In this document: one piece after another, positions 1 to 10,213 of the stretch
Numbering within the stretch: position 1 is the stretch's first letter
Layout: every line of letters starts with the position of its first letter
IMG/VR virus record: IMGVR_UViG_2675903278_000002
Reading direction: 5' to 3' (one strand)
DNA: 64,000 bases
From: a virus
Taxonomy: Duplodnaviria; Heunggongvirae; Uroviricota; Caudoviricetes
Made by a program: the position numbers and the translations under genes
Notes under the pieces: model-generated
Seen by the model: only the letters and a program-made list of their open reading frames with translations
The model's database searches: none
Told to the model about the DNA's origin: nothing

Positions 1-2256
1 CGCGTCGTAATGTATGGCGTAGAAGGCATTCGTGGTGTAAGCGCATCCGCTGTAGCAATGGGAGCTGCGGCCAGCATTTTTGATGGGATTACCACCAGCC
101 AGTTGCATGAGGCTTTGGTTAAATCTGCCGCTGATTTGATCTCACCAGAAGCACCAAATTACTCACAGGTGGCTGCCCGCCTGAACATTTTTAAAATCCG
201 CAAAGATGCCTTCGGTCGTTACGACTATCCGAACTTCTACCAACACATTGTCAAGAACGTTAACAAGGGCGTTTATGACAAGGATTTGCTGACACATTAT
301 TCGTTTGAAGAGATCGAAGAACTCGGCAATTACATTAAGCCGAAACGTGACGATCTTTTTGGCTATGCAGCTACGGTGCAGTTGCAAAGCAAATACCTCG
401 TTCAAAACCGTGTTACTGGTGAGATTCATGAGGGGCCGCAACATATCTATATGCTGGTAGGCATGTGTCTGTTCCAGAATTGGGAAGACGACTGCGCTGG
501 CAAAACACGTATGGAGATGGTCAAAGGTTTCTATGACGTTACAAGTACGTTCAAACTGTCTCTGCCCACACCAATCATGGCCGGCGTCCGTACTCCAACC
601 CGTCAGTTCTCCAGTTGTGTGCTGATTGAGTCTGGCGATAGTCTGAAAGGGATTAGTGCAGCTTCAGCCGCAATTATCGACTACGTTTCACGTCGTGCTG
701 GAATTGGTATTGGTTTTGGCCGTATCCGTGCGCTGGGCAGCGAGATCCGCAATGGTGAAGCCACCCATACCGGAGTTATTCCATTCCTGAAGCATTTCCA
801 GACGGCTGTTAAATCTTGTTCGCAAGGTGGTGTTCGTGGTGGCGCAGCAACAGCGTTTTACCCGATCTGGCATCTTGAAGTTGAAAGTCTGCTGGTGGTG
901 AAAAATAACCGTGGTATTGATGAAAACCGCGTTCGCCATCTTGATTACGGCGTCATGAGTAACCGTCTAATGTACCGTCGACTCGTCAGAAGCGAGAACA
1001 TCACTCTGTTCAGCCCGCATGATGTGCCTGATATGTACGAAGCCTTCTTCACAGACCAGGAGCTGTTTGAAAAGCTGTACCATAAATACGAAGCCGATGA
1101 TTCAATTCGCAAGAAGTCAGTACCTGCCATTGAGCTGTTCTCATCTCTGATGCAGGAACGAGCGTCCACGGGCCGAATTTATATTGCGAACGTCGATCAT
1201 ATTAACGAGCATGGCGCTTTCATTCCTGCTCTTGCACCTGTTCGCCAGTCAAACCTGTGCATGGAGATCACTCTACCCACTCGTCCACTGGCATTTACCG
1301 ACGACCCGAACGGTGAGATCGCGCTATGCACTTTATCCGCTTTTAACCTCGGAGCCATCCGTTCACTGGAGTCTCTTAAAGAGGTGGCGTTCTATGCCGT
1401 TGCTGCACTGGATTCGTTACTGGATTATCAAGACTATCCGATGGAGGCAGCCGAAGTGCCTGCCAAAGCTCGTCGTAGCTTGGGAATTGGTGTAACCAAC
1501 TTTGCTTATTACCTGGCAAAGAATGGCGTTCGTTATTCTGATACCGCTGGCAATAAACTGGTGCATGAAACGTTCGAAGCTATCCAGTATTACCTTCTTG
1601 ATGCCAGCTGCCGACTTGCTGAAGCAAAAGGTGAGTGTGACTGGTTTGAGCAGACCAAGTACGCAATTGGTCAGTTGCCGATCGACCATTACCGTTCTTC
1701 ATTAGACGAAAGTGGCGAAACCAACTTTGAGTTAAAGATGCCGTGGGAAGAACTGCGTGAACGTATTGCAAAATACGGCCTTCGCAACTCCACACTGACG
1801 GCACAAATGCCATGCGAGACTTCCAGCCAGATCACTAATTCCACCAACGGCATCGAACCGCCTCGTGGACCGGTGTCGGTGAAATCTTCTAAGGACGGCA
1901 TCGTTAAGATGGTCGTGCCTGAGTTTGAAAAACTGAAGGAACAGTATGAATACCTGTGGGATATGCCGGACAACCGCGGCTATCTGACAAAGGTGGCGAT
2001 CATCCAGAAGTTCTTTGACCAGGCTATTTCAGCCAATACCAACTATGACCCTTCTCGCTTTGAAGGCGATAAAGTCCCAATGATGACGCTACTGTCAGAT
2101 TTGCTTCTCGCCTACAAGATGGGAGTTAAAACGCTTTACTACCACAACACCAGAGATGGGGCAGGAAAGCGTGATGACGACGAACCGCAGAATCCACTGA
2201 CGCAAGCTGTAGCCGTCGAGCCAGAAGATGAGTGCGACGGAGCCTGCAAAATCTGA
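1..2256 (+). CDS. nrdA: ribonucleoside-diphosphate reductase alpha subunit (class Ia NrdA), 5' end outside window
   Basis: Frame open from base 1; NrdA-like along its length (QSKYLVQNRVTGEI, PTRQFSSCVLIE, RVRHLDYGV, C-terminal DECDGACKI tail); N-terminal ATP-cone region missing upstream. Confidence 0.95.
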   Translation, partial: RVVMYGVEGIRGVSASAVAMGAAASIFDGITTSQLHEALVKSAADLISPEAPNYSQVAARLNIFKIRKDAFGRYDYPNFYQHIVKNVNKGVYDKDLLTHYSFEEIEELGNYIKPKRDDLFGYAATVQLQSKYLVQNRVTGEIHEGPQHIYMLVGMCLFQNWEDDCAGKTRMEMVKGFYDVTSTFKLSLPTPIMAGVRTPTRQFSSCVLIESGDSLKGISAASAAIIDYVSRRAGIGIGFGRIRALGSEIRNGEATHTGVIPFLKHFQTAVKSCSQGGVRGGAATAFYPIWHLEVESLLVVKNNRGIDENRVRHLDYGVMSNRLMYRRLVRSENITLFSPHDVPDMYEAFFTDQELFEKLYHKYEADDSIRKKSVPAIELFSSLMQERASTGRIYIANVDHINEHGAFIPALAPVRQSNLCMEITLPTRPLAFTDDPNGEIALCTLSAFNLGAIRSLESLKEVAFYAVAALDSLLDYQDYPMEAAEVPAKARRSLGIGVTNFAYYLAKNGVRYSDTAGNKLVHETFEAIQYYLLDASCRLAEAKGECDWFEQTKYAIGQLPIDHYRSSLDESGETNFELKMPWEELRERIAKYGLRNSTLTAQMPCETSSQITNSTNGIEPPRGPVSVKSSKDGIVKMVVPEFEKLKEQYEYLWDMPDNRGYLTKVAIIQKFFDQAISANTNYDPSRFEGDKVPMMTLLSDLLLAYKMGVKTLYYHNTRDGAGKRDDDEPQNPLTQAVAVEPEDECDGACKI

Positions 2257-2362
2257 CATATGGTGGGGGATATCCCCACCTTCTCTTTGATTTGTAAGCC
2301 TTGTTTAAACACATAAGATAACAACTTGTTTAAACGCACCAAAAAAGAAAAAGGAAAAACAC

Positions 2363-3505
2363 ATGTCATATTCAACGTTCCGTTTGGGTGCTAATGATGC
2401 AACCAAAGAGCCTATGTTCCTCGGACAATCTGTCAACGTGGCACGTTACGATCAGCAAAAATACCGTGATTTTGAAAAGTTGATTGAACGTCAATTGTCT
2501 TTCTTCTGGCGGCCGGAAGAAGTTGATATTTCGAGCGATCGTATCGACTTCAACACGAAGCTGCGGGACCACGAACGTCACATTTTTCTGAGCAATCTCC
2601 GTTATCAAACGTTACTCGATTCAGTTCAGGGACGTAGTCCAAATGCAACGCTGCTGCCGCTTATCTCTATTCCTGAACTGGAAACGTGGGTTGAAACGTG
2701 GTCTTTCTCTGAGACTATCCATAGCCGCAGCTACACCCACATTATTCGTGGCATGGTGGACGATCCGAGCATTGTTTTTGACGGTATTGTTACGGATGAA
2801 GAAATCATCAACCGAGCGATCAGTATCTCTGCTGAATATGACAGGCTTTATGGGATGACCTGCGAGCGCCAGTCGTTAGGTGAGAAGGAATTTGAGCGTC
2901 TGTACGTAAATGAATATGGCTGGGAGCCATACCCTTTGCACCGTCAGCTTTTCCGCACGTTGGTGTCCATTAATGCGCTTGAGGCGATCCGTTTCTATGT
3001 AAGTTTTGCATGTACGTTTGCCTTTGGCGAACGGAAGTTGCTTGAGGGTAACACCAAAATTATGCGCTTTATTGCCCGTGATGAAGCTCTGCATTGCGAA
3101 GGAACTGAACGCATGATCCGCTTCATGCGTACCGGTCGCGAAGGTTTATTGTGGAAAGAGATTGCTGCTGATGAAGAAAACGTCATTTACGACACCATGA
3201 AATCAGTCGCCGAACAAGAAATGAACTGGGCAGACTATCTCTTCAAAGACGGTTCGATGATTGGTTTAAACGCGGATATTCTCAAAACCTATGTAAAATA
3301 CCGCACCAATCTGGCTATGAATCGTCTTGGCCTGAAGGCTTTATTTCCAGAGGTTACCACCGATCCGCTGGTCTGGATGAACAAGTGGTTGTTAACCGAC
3401 ACACTGCAAATTGCACCACAAGAGGCAGAGCAAAGCACATATCTGGTAGGTCAGATCGATTCTACCGTGGATAAGGCTTCTCTAAGCCAGTTTGCAGACC
3501 TGTAA
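2363..3505 (+). CDS. nrdB: ribonucleoside-diphosphate reductase beta subunit (NrdB)
   Basis: 380 aa; [48 protein letters not shown] as in class Ia NrdB; directly downstream of nrdA; RBS-like GGAAAAACACATG. Confidence 0.96.
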   Translation: MSYSTFRLGANDATKEPMFLGQSVNVARYDQQKYRDFEKLIERQLSFFWRPEEVDISSDRIDFNTKLRDHERHIFLSNLRYQTLLDSVQGRSPNATLLPLISIPELETWVETWSFSETIHSRSYTHIIRGMVDDPSIVFDGIVTDEEIINRAISISAEYDRLYGMTCERQSLGEKEFERLYVNEYGWEPYPLHRQLFRTLVSINALEAIRFYVSFACTFAFGERKLLEGNTKIMRFIARDEALHCEGTERMIRFMRTGREGLLWKEIAADEENVIYDTMKSVAEQEMNWADYLFKDGSMIGLNADILKTYVKYRTNLAMNRLGLKALFPEVTTDPLVWMNKWLLTDTLQIAPQEAEQSTYLVGQIDSTVDKASLSQFADL

Positions 3506-3582
3506 ACCGATACAAAGCATTATGTGGCCTGGCAACGCTGGGCCACAATGGATCACAAGAATTAAGAAGGAACAAAACTAGC

Positions 3583-4452
3583 ATGAACTTTACCAAACTG
3601 ACTGACCACCTGAAACTTGCCACCGATCGACTCATTGGATTTAAGCCAGAACCATATGAGTTGCATGAAGGCCATGGTGTAGCCACTGAAAGTATTTACA
3701 AGATGGTCGATCAGTTTCATGAACTCTTCCAGCATCCGAGACGCGTTATGCCGACACCAGAGCTGCTTCGTCTCCGTGCAAGCCTGATTCATGAAGAAGC
3801 TGTAGTGGAAGGTATTCCAGCCGCAATGAATGGGGATATTGAGCAACTGCTGGATGCAATGGCCGACTTTTTATACGTTGGTGTTGGTACGATGGTCGCC
3901 ATCAAAGGTGGTATTTCTACCGGCATGACCTATTACACGCAGGAACAGAGCATTGATCGCTTTATGCAGACAATTTTTGTGCCCGGTAACACTGTTTTCG
4001 ATGATATGGCAATGCCATTTCAGGAAGCTCGTGAGGCGTCATGTATGCTCGAAGAGCTGGCAGATAAACTTGAGAACAAGACTGTTAAGGATTCTGAGCT
4101 GATTCAGGAACTGCGCCGTGTCATGAACAAAATCTATGTGGCGTGCATGATGACCTATCGACTGGCTGATTTCCTCGGTATCAATGTAGTCGAGCTGGTT
4201 GGCGAAATTCATCGGTCTAACATGACAAAATTATGGCCTGCTGATGTTGAGGAACGTCGCCAGGCTGTGGCCAACTGCAAATACGACTCTTCAGATCTGG
4301 GATTCCGCCATGCTGATGGCACCGATAAGATGATCGGTTTTCGAATTTCCGATGGAAAGATTCTGAAGTCTCCAACCTATAGTGATGTCGATTTATCCTC
4401 CTTTGTTGAGCAAGCTAAAGCCTCAGCAATGTACGGAATGATCAAAAAATAA
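3583..4452 (+). CDS. hypothetical protein, possible MazG-like nucleotide pyrophosphohydrolase
   Basis: 289 aa ORF with RBS (AAGGAAC) in the nucleotide-metabolism module; acidic helical segments with E-x-x-E/D spacing; function is a guess. Confidence 0.7.
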   Translation: MNFTKLTDHLKLATDRLIGFKPEPYELHEGHGVATESIYKMVDQFHELFQHPRRVMPTPELLRLRASLIHEEAVVEGIPAAMNGDIEQLLDAMADFLYVGVGTMVAIKGGISTGMTYYTQEQSIDRFMQTIFVPGNTVFDDMAMPFQEAREASCMLEELADKLENKTVKDSELIQELRRVMNKIYVACMMTYRLADFLGINVVELVGEIHRSNMTKLWPADVEERRQAVANCKYDSSDLGFRHADGTDKMIGFRISDGKILKSPTYSDVDLSSFVEQAKASAMYGMIKK

Positions 4453-4620
4453 TTGTAGGTAGTTATCTATCTGTGTATATTGCGTTGGCGCGTTAAATTT
4501 CTGAAACAACTATTCGTTTTTGGTGGCCTATGGCCACCATTTTTTTATCTGTCTGGTCTTGTTCTCTCAATAAATGTAAACTCACGCAATGAATAAGTGG
4601 TTACTTATCTTTGTGAGGTT

Positions 4621-5727
4621 TTTGTGTCACTCCTTTTGAATCGTGAGCATACGAACGGTCAGGTAACAAACGCATCGTATGCAAAAGTTATTGAGACGGT
4701 GCTTAAAAGCGGCGTGCAGGCTGATGATCGCACAGGCACTGGTACTTTAAGCACCTGCTACGTTCCCTCTTACTACATGCTTACTGGTGGGACTGTGCCG
4801 CTTATTTCTGGAAAGGCGGTAAATCTTAAGCCACTGCTTGTCGAACTTGAGTGGTATCTGAAAGGCACGGGCAACATCCAATTTCTCAAGGATAACGGCG
4901 TTAAGATTTGGGATGCATGGGCCGATGAGAATGGCGATTTGGGGCCGGTTTACGGTAAGCAGTGGCGTCGATGGGAAGATACCCGCATCGTGAGCCATAG
5001 TGAATATCTGAGCAAGATCGCTACTTTCCGTGAACGCGGGTACAAAGTCGAGGGATACCTGGGTATCAGTGAAGATCGCGTAGTGCTGTCCCGTGAAATC
5101 GATCAGCTACAGCGTATTGTCGATACACTGCGCACGAACCCTACCGATCGTCGCATCATGCTTAACGCATGGAACGTAGGCGAGCTTGAGGATATGAAAC
5201 TGCCACCTTGCCACTTTGTCTTCTCTTTGTGGAGTCGTGAGCTGGATTTTGAAACCCGTTTAACGATGGCAACTGACATTGGTCTTCAACACAGTCGCCT
5301 CGGTTATGAGTCTATCTACACCAAGATGCTATACGATCTGGAGATGGACGGCAGTGTTACTGAAACTGAACTGGATGAACTTGGAATCCCCAAACGCATC
5401 CTCAACTCCTGCCTCGTACAGCGTAGCGTAGACACTTTTGTTGGTATGCCATTCAATATTGCTGGCTATGGCATTCTCACTCATTTTCTCGCGAAGATTA
5501 CGGGTCACATGGCCGGTGCATTTGTGCATTTTGGCTTTGACGTGCATTTATACAATAACCACATGGAAAGTGTGTGTGAGCTAATGAAACGACAGGCTCC
5601 AGAGCATTCAGATCCGGTCGTTATTTTCCCTCATGAATGGTCTGAGCTGGATGATTTCAAATGGGACGATATTCTGATTCTTGGCTATGACCCTCTACCG
5701 TGGATCAAGGTTCCAGTGGCGGTGTGA
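4621..5727 (+). CDS. thyA: thymidylate synthase family protein (ThyA-like) with ~100-aa insertion
   Basis: DRTGTGTLS, GDLGPVYGKQWRRWE, catalytic LPPCHF, insertion before it; adjacent DHFR favours a true thymidylate synthase; track ORF starts at GTG 4597, GTG 4621 with GAGG upstream preferred. Confidence 0.85.
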   Translation, partial: FVSLLLNREHTNGQVTNASYAKVIETVLKSGVQADDRTGTGTLSTCYVPSYYMLTGGTVPLISGKAVNLKPLLVELEWYLKGTGNIQFLKDNGVKIWDAWADENGDLGPVYGKQWRRWEDTRIVSHSEYLSKIATFRERGYKVEGYLGISEDRVVLSREIDQLQRIVDTLRTNPTDRRIMLNAWNVGELEDMKLPPCHFVFSLWSRELDFETRLTMATDIGLQHSRLGYESIYTKMLYDLEMDGSVTETELDELGIPKRILNSCLVQRSVDTFVGMPFNIAGYGILTHFLAKITGHMAGAFVHFGFDVHLYNNHMESVCELMKRQAPEHSDPVVIFPHEWSELDDFKWDDILILGYDPLPWIKVPVAV

Positions 5728-5728
5728 T

Positions 5729-6142
5729 ATGGCAAGAGGTATGTATGTCTTATGCGAAATTGAAGGTGTGCTGGCAAATGCCAGCCATCGTAAATCAGTA
5801 TCTGACGCGGATGCAGGCCAGCTCATTGCCGGTGATGAACTCATTTTCCCCACCAGCCGTATGTTGCGTGGTTTTGCTCGCTCAGGGGCTGAAGTGGTGC
5901 TTATCAGTAGCCGCTCTGAAACTCTTGAAGCGCCAACTAAACGATGGCTGAAAGATTTTGGCGTTGATTATGACTGGCTTCATCTCGTACCGAATGGCAC
6001 CAGTTATGAGAAGCATATTAAGCGCACATTAGCGGAGCATAAAGGCGATCTGCTTATCGCTGCGCTGGTGCACGATCCTCGACTCCGTGCCGCTTTAGCC
6101 GACTCTCACCATCGACCGGTCATCTATGAGGTGAGCAAATGA
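5729..6142 (+). CDS. hypothetical protein
   Basis: ATG one codon after thyA stop, in frame with track ORF 5681..6142; overlaps DHFR start by 4 nt (translational coupling). Confidence 0.55.
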   Translation: MARGMYVLCEIEGVLANASHRKSVSDADAGQLIAGDELIFPTSRMLRGFARSGAEVVLISSRSETLEAPTKRWLKDFGVDYDWLHLVPNGTSYEKHIKRTLAEHKGDLLIAALVHDPRLRAALADSHHRPVIYEVSK

Positions 6143-6615
6143 AGATGATCGCTGCTGTTGGCCGTAACTATGAGATCGGCATAGCGAATGAACTCCCCTG
6201 GCGTTGTTCTACCGATCTGAAGCTATTTAAGAGACTCACCAAAAACGCCACTGTCGTTATGGGGCGTAAAACGATGGAAAGTCTCAAACGCCCTCTTCCA
6301 GAGCGTCATAACCTCGTTTTGACGCGCTCTCATGGCTTTGTACCAAATGGATTCTACCCTGCTGGTGTGGATGATGTGTTGCGATTACCAGAGCCTGTGT
6401 GGGTGATTGGCGGGGAACAAATTTACTCGCTATTCATGCCGCATGTTGAAGAGATTTGGCTCTCCCACATCGGCGTTGATGTGCCAAACGCCGATGCATT
6501 CTTCCCGGCAAGCATGATGCGTAATTTAGGCTTTGTGCCTGTTGAAACAGCTTATACCCAACGAGCCAGCGAGGAAGAGCCTGGCTTTTCGCAGATCGTA
6601 TACAGAAGGTCGTAA
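6139..6615 (+). CDS. folA: dihydrofolate reductase
   Basis: 158 aa; MIAAVGRNYEIGIANELPW and VMGRKTMESL are typical type I DHFR; coupled to flanking genes. Confidence 0.92.
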   Translation: MKMIAAVGRNYEIGIANELPWRCSTDLKLFKRLTKNATVVMGRKTMESLKRPLPERHNLVLTRSHGFVPNGFYPAGVDDVLRLPEPVWVIGGEQIYSLFMPHVEEIWLSHIGVDVPNADAFFPASMMRNLGFVPVETAYTQRASEEEPGFSQIVYRRS

Positions 6616-7259
6616 TGGATTACCGGATTGGGATCACTGGTGCTCAGGGCAGTGGGAAAACAACCCTGGCTAAATATATCGACAAACATTACGGAATCCC
6701 TTACGTGGATGCTGGTGTCGGAAGTTTGATGAGCCGCCTCGGTGTTCGAGTAGGTGATTCTATGCCTCTATATGAGCGGCTTCAGATTCAAATGGAAATA
6801 GCAAAGCATATAGAGCTACTTACGCGTGGTGTTGAAGGCTTTGTTATCGATCGCACACCTGCTGATGTTATGGCCTACACGTTGGATTTGGTCGGCCATA
6901 CAAATGAAGATCGGTGTATTGAGTTAGCCCTCGATATCGAAAAGTTTTGCCACAAAACTGCTATTTCAAACTTTAACGCCATTGCTGGCTTACGCCCGGG
7001 AGTCGCTCTCTCAGAGCGAGATTACTTGCGATCACAACGAGCATCATTAGACCGTCTGTATGTCGCTCGTATTGATGCGTTGATGTGCGGGGAACTGACA
7101 AAAATTCACCTGCATCCGCAAAGGGGAGATCTGCAAACCTTCGTCGTTTCCAACCGATATCGCACGGTTGAAGCAAGAGCCAGATCAGTGATGAGAATGC
7201 TAGATAACGCTGTAGAAAAGATAGAAAACCGGTTCTGTGGCCGAGTGACCGTTCATTAG
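6615..7259 (+). CDS. P-loop NTPase, putative (deoxy)nucleoside monophosphate kinase
   Basis: 214 aa; Walker A GITGAQGSGKTT near N-terminus; position next to thyA/folA suggests dNMP kinase. Confidence 0.75.
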   Translation: MDYRIGITGAQGSGKTTLAKYIDKHYGIPYVDAGVGSLMSRLGVRVGDSMPLYERLQIQMEIAKHIELLTRGVEGFVIDRTPADVMAYTLDLVGHTNEDRCIELALDIEKFCHKTAISNFNAIAGLRPGVALSERDYLRSQRASLDRLYVARIDALMCGELTKIHLHPQRGDLQTFVVSNRYRTVEARARSVMRMLDNAVEKIENRFCGRVTVH

Positions 7260-7320
7260 AAATTGTTCGCCTCTTCGACATTGCGACAATAAAACTCTCA
7301 AAATGGGTTAAGGATAAAAA

Positions 7321-7740
7321 ATGTTTAGTGAAATGTTGCTTGAAGATGAACTGGATCGGAAAACAACAGAGGCTTTGATTCGTGTAGCGGACGAACATTC
7401 CCGGTCGCTTATGAGCGATCGAGAGGCTCGTCTGGCTATTCGTGCCATATTCGAAACTGCGCAGGGGCTTGTTGGTACACAAGTGGGTGAAGCCATTAAC
7501 ATCGCCATGTCTCAGTTCAGTGAAGGCAGTAAAAAGCCTCTGTTTCCTATGCATTTGATGCTGGCTGGTGGCTCGGTGCTTTATATCTCTGTTTGTCTGG
7601 ATAGCAACCAAATCAATATTCTCAACACTGTGTCAGGTAAGTGGAAAGATCCGATTGTCTGTGAAACCAGTGAAGAAACTTTGAAAAAAGCGGCTCAATT
7701 TGTACGTAGCGCACTACTTAAGGGCGCTAAGAAGTTGTAA
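7321..7740 (+). CDS. hypothetical protein
   Basis: 139 aa ORF, ATG preceded by A-rich RBS region; no recognisable motif. Confidence 0.65.
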   Translation: MFSEMLLEDELDRKTTEALIRVADEHSRSLMSDREARLAIRAIFETAQGLVGTQVGEAINIAMSQFSEGSKKPLFPMHLMLAGGSVLYISVCLDSNQINILNTVSGKWKDPIVCETSEETLKKAAQFVRSALLKGAKKL

Positions 7741-7749
7741 GGAGTTCTG

Positions 7750-8307
7750 ATGACAACGATTGTTGCAGGCATCGATATCGAGTCTACGGGACTGGATTTC
7801 CTTGCTGGTCATAAAATTATTGAAATCGCAATTACCCGCTATGAACTGGAGACACAGAGACATATTGATAGTCTGGAGATGCGTTTTAACCCTCGCAGAA
7901 ACATAGATCCGAAAGCTCAAGCCGTTCATGGCATTTCATTGGAACAGCTCGCAGCTGAACCTTTGTTGTCAAATCATGCCAGCGAAATTGGCGCTTATAT
8001 GGGGGCATGTAGTGTGTGGGTTGCTCATAACGGCGAAGCATTTGATATACCATTTATTCGACACGAGTTTTCAGGGTATGGAGTAAGACTGCCAGAAGTT
8101 CCTGTTATAGATACTATGTTATCGGGATTGTGGGCCACAGAAGACGGTAAACGTCCCCGCCTTGAAGAGTTGGCCTTCTCTCTTGGCTTTATATACGATC
8201 ATGCCAAAGCACATAGTGCCTTATATGACACAAACTTAATGATGCAATGCTTCTTTAAGGCACGTAATAAGTACGGATTTTTTAAATTACCCTCTGAAAT
8301 TGTGTAA
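7750..8307 (+). CDS. DnaQ-like 3'-5' exonuclease (DEDDh family)
   Basis: 185 aa; Exo I GIDIESTGLD, Exo II VAHNGEAFDIPF, Exo III HSALYDT; RBS AGGAG; hairpin terminator follows. Confidence 0.85.
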   Translation: MTTIVAGIDIESTGLDFLAGHKIIEIAITRYELETQRHIDSLEMRFNPRRNIDPKAQAVHGISLEQLAAEPLLSNHASEIGAYMGACSVWVAHNGEAFDIPFIRHEFSGYGVRLPEVPVIDTMLSGLWATEDGKRPRLEELAFSLGFIYDHAKAHSALYDTNLMMQCFFKARNKYGFFKLPSEIV

Positions 8308-8311
8308 AACA

Positions 8312-8349
8312 AAAGCCTACTTTAAAAAGTTTAAAGTAGGCTTTCTTTT
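8312..8349 (+). terminator. rho-independent terminator
   Basis: 13-bp stem AAAGCCTACTTTA/TAAAGTAGGCTTT, loop, then CTTTT tract directly after exonuclease gene. Confidence 0.75.
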
Positions 8350-8465
8350 AAAGAACAGTCGCCTTTCAATCATTTCCTGCCTGTATTTAATACTTTTCCG
8401 CCTGATAGGTTTAGTCAAAATGTAGCCATCGAAACGCAAATGTAACCAAACAGAAGGAGACTTAC

Positions 8466-9275
8466 ATGAGTTCGGTTGAAAATGTAATGACAAATGATGA
8501 TCTGGACGAGCTGACAGCCATGTTGCAATCACTTGATGAACCAGTAAAAAAAGCTGCACAGGTTGAAAATACTGATGATATTGACGATCTGCTGCTCGGC
8601 CTAGATGCTGGCGTAGCCATGAGTTCTGATGATGTTGCCGAAGAACTGTTCAATGAAGAAAAAGCAGGTGATTTCAGCTCTGCTTTAAATGAGTTGGAGT
8701 TAGCGCATGAGCCTATAAACGTAATTAACGCTGAAAGTGTTGAAGCTGCCGAAAACGAGCCAGAACAATTGGGATTTATTGAGGTTGAAGAGTGTGTTGA
8801 GGTTAATGATGAATTAAAAGTTCAACAGTCAAATGATAGCAATACAAATAAAAAAGCTCGTGCTGCAAGAGGTCCTCGTTTTACTTTAAGTGATAAAGAT
8901 GATTCGTTTTTCAATAAAGCGGGCTTAGAAAAAGATATTTTCTTAGACGCTTACGATAACGCGCCTGTCAAAGCAAAGGATAAGATATTAAACCTTCTTA
9001 ATTGGTTTAGCGGAGGTCCAGATATTAGTGTTTACACGGTAATTTCCATGAGACACCTTCTCACAGAAAAGAAGGCTACAAGTAATAGTATTAAGATTGC
9101 TTTAATGAGCAATCCAGAAAAACCGTATCCGCTTAACACTGCGTCAACTCAGGCTGGGCAAATGATGGCTGTATTTCCAGCGACAGGAATTGCCGTTAGA
9201 GGCGGTGGAAATCTAACATTGAACGAAGAATCACCGATCGTTAAGAAGTTTGTCGCGGAGTACACTATTGGATGA
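8466..9275 (+). CDS. hypothetical protein with strongly acidic N-terminal half
   Basis: 269 aa; RBS AAGGAG; first ~120 aa very rich in D/E; upstream of Dam-like gene. Confidence 0.7.
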   Translation: MSSVENVMTNDDLDELTAMLQSLDEPVKKAAQVENTDDIDDLLLGLDAGVAMSSDDVAEELFNEEKAGDFSSALNELELAHEPINVINAESVEAAENEPEQLGFIEVEECVEVNDELKVQQSNDSNTNKKARAARGPRFTLSDKDDSFFNKAGLEKDIFLDAYDNAPVKAKDKILNLLNWFSGGPDISVYTVISMRHLLTEKKATSNSIKIALMSNPEKPYPLNTASTQAGQMMAVFPATGIAVRGGGNLTLNEESPIVKKFVAEYTIG

Positions 9276-9428
9276 CGTTCCCCTACTGAAAATAAAGCCC
9301 ATAGAGAGCTTTATAGTGCTGGGTAAGCCAATCACATACCCAGCACCACAAAAACGCGCCAGAGAGCTTCTCGTTTGCATTTCTGGCGCGTTTTATTTGA
9401 TTGCCAGACATAAAATCAAATGCAAAAA

Positions 9429-9448
9429 TAGGTATTTACTTACCTATC
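9429..9448. repeat. class-B palindrome (ATAGGTAnnTACTTACCTAT family)
   Basis: ATAGGTATTTACTTACCTAT just upstream of the Dam-like gene; same family at ten other intergenic sites. Confidence 0.6.
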
Positions 9449-9458
9449 GAGAAAGAAG

Positions 9459-10052
9459 ATGATTGCAGCCGAAAAAATCAAACAGCGAAAGCGCGACAAC
9501 TCTCTTCGTGACCTCTGGAGAACACCTGACTGGCTGTTTTCTGCCATTCAACGTTATCTTGGAGTGACATTTGATGTTGACGTTGCCTGCAACAAGGACA
9601 ATGCAAAGCTGCCTAATTTCATAGGCGTTGAGCGTGATGCTTTGAAATCTGAATGGGGACAGCCAGGTACAATTGCCTTCCTCAATCCACCCTACTCCAA
9701 AATCTCCCCCTGGATTGATGCGGCTATACGTGAGCAGGCTCGCGGAGTTACAACAGTGATGCTAATTCCTCAATCCCTAGATACAAAGTGGTATGAGCGT
9801 GCAACAGAGTGTGCGAATGAGACGATTATTCTGTCTGGTGGCCGCGTAGCGTTTGTCGAGCCTGACGTCAATCTGGGTCAGGTAGAAGTAAACATCAACC
9901 CAGGTGGCAGTATGCTCGTTGTTTTTCGAGGATTCTGTCAGGACGCTGGGCACTCTATAAGCAAGATCCCTTTGGACGTCATGAAAAGTCTGGGAGGGTA
10001 TGATCCTGCGAATGTGATCAGGAAAAAAAGACCATCAAAGAAGGCTGCTTAG
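9459..10052 (+). CDS. dam: DNA N6-adenine methyltransferase (phage Dam-like)
   Basis: 197 aa; catalytic NPPYS (AFLNPPYSKISPW); size and motif order fit small phage Dam enzymes. Confidence 0.8.
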   Translation: MIAAEKIKQRKRDNSLRDLWRTPDWLFSAIQRYLGVTFDVDVACNKDNAKLPNFIGVERDALKSEWGQPGTIAFLNPPYSKISPWIDAAIREQARGVTTVMLIPQSLDTKWYERATECANETIILSGGRVAFVEPDVNLGQVEVNINPGGSMLVVFRGFCQDAGHSISKIPLDVMKSLGGYDPANVIRKKRPSKKAA

Positions 10053-10074
10053 TTTGTTCTGGCGTCTGTAATTA

Positions 10075-10131
10075 GCCTGCTTCTGTATATATAAATAACT
10101 ACATATTAATTATTAATATACGGAAGCAGGC
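10075..10131. repeat. long AT-rich hairpin element, copy 1 of 2
   Basis: GCCTGCTTCTG ... CGGAAGCAGGC inverted arms around an AT-rich loop; near-identical element at ~39561-39616. Confidence 0.7.
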
Positions 10132-10213
10132 TGTTTTGTATCAGAGACTCCAGACCTGAACATCACTACAGAATCCACTAGAACCCCTTCCCAGACGCTT
10201 TAAAATCGATTTT

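Noticed and set aside
163-1973. Minus-strand and alternative-frame ORFs inside nrdA
   Set aside because: Overlap a conserved enzyme gene on the opposite strand or in other frames; no start signals.
9250-9462. 70-aa + strand ORF between the acidic protein gene and the Dam-like gene
   Set aside because: Overlaps the end of the upstream gene and runs through a terminator-like hairpin; no RBS.
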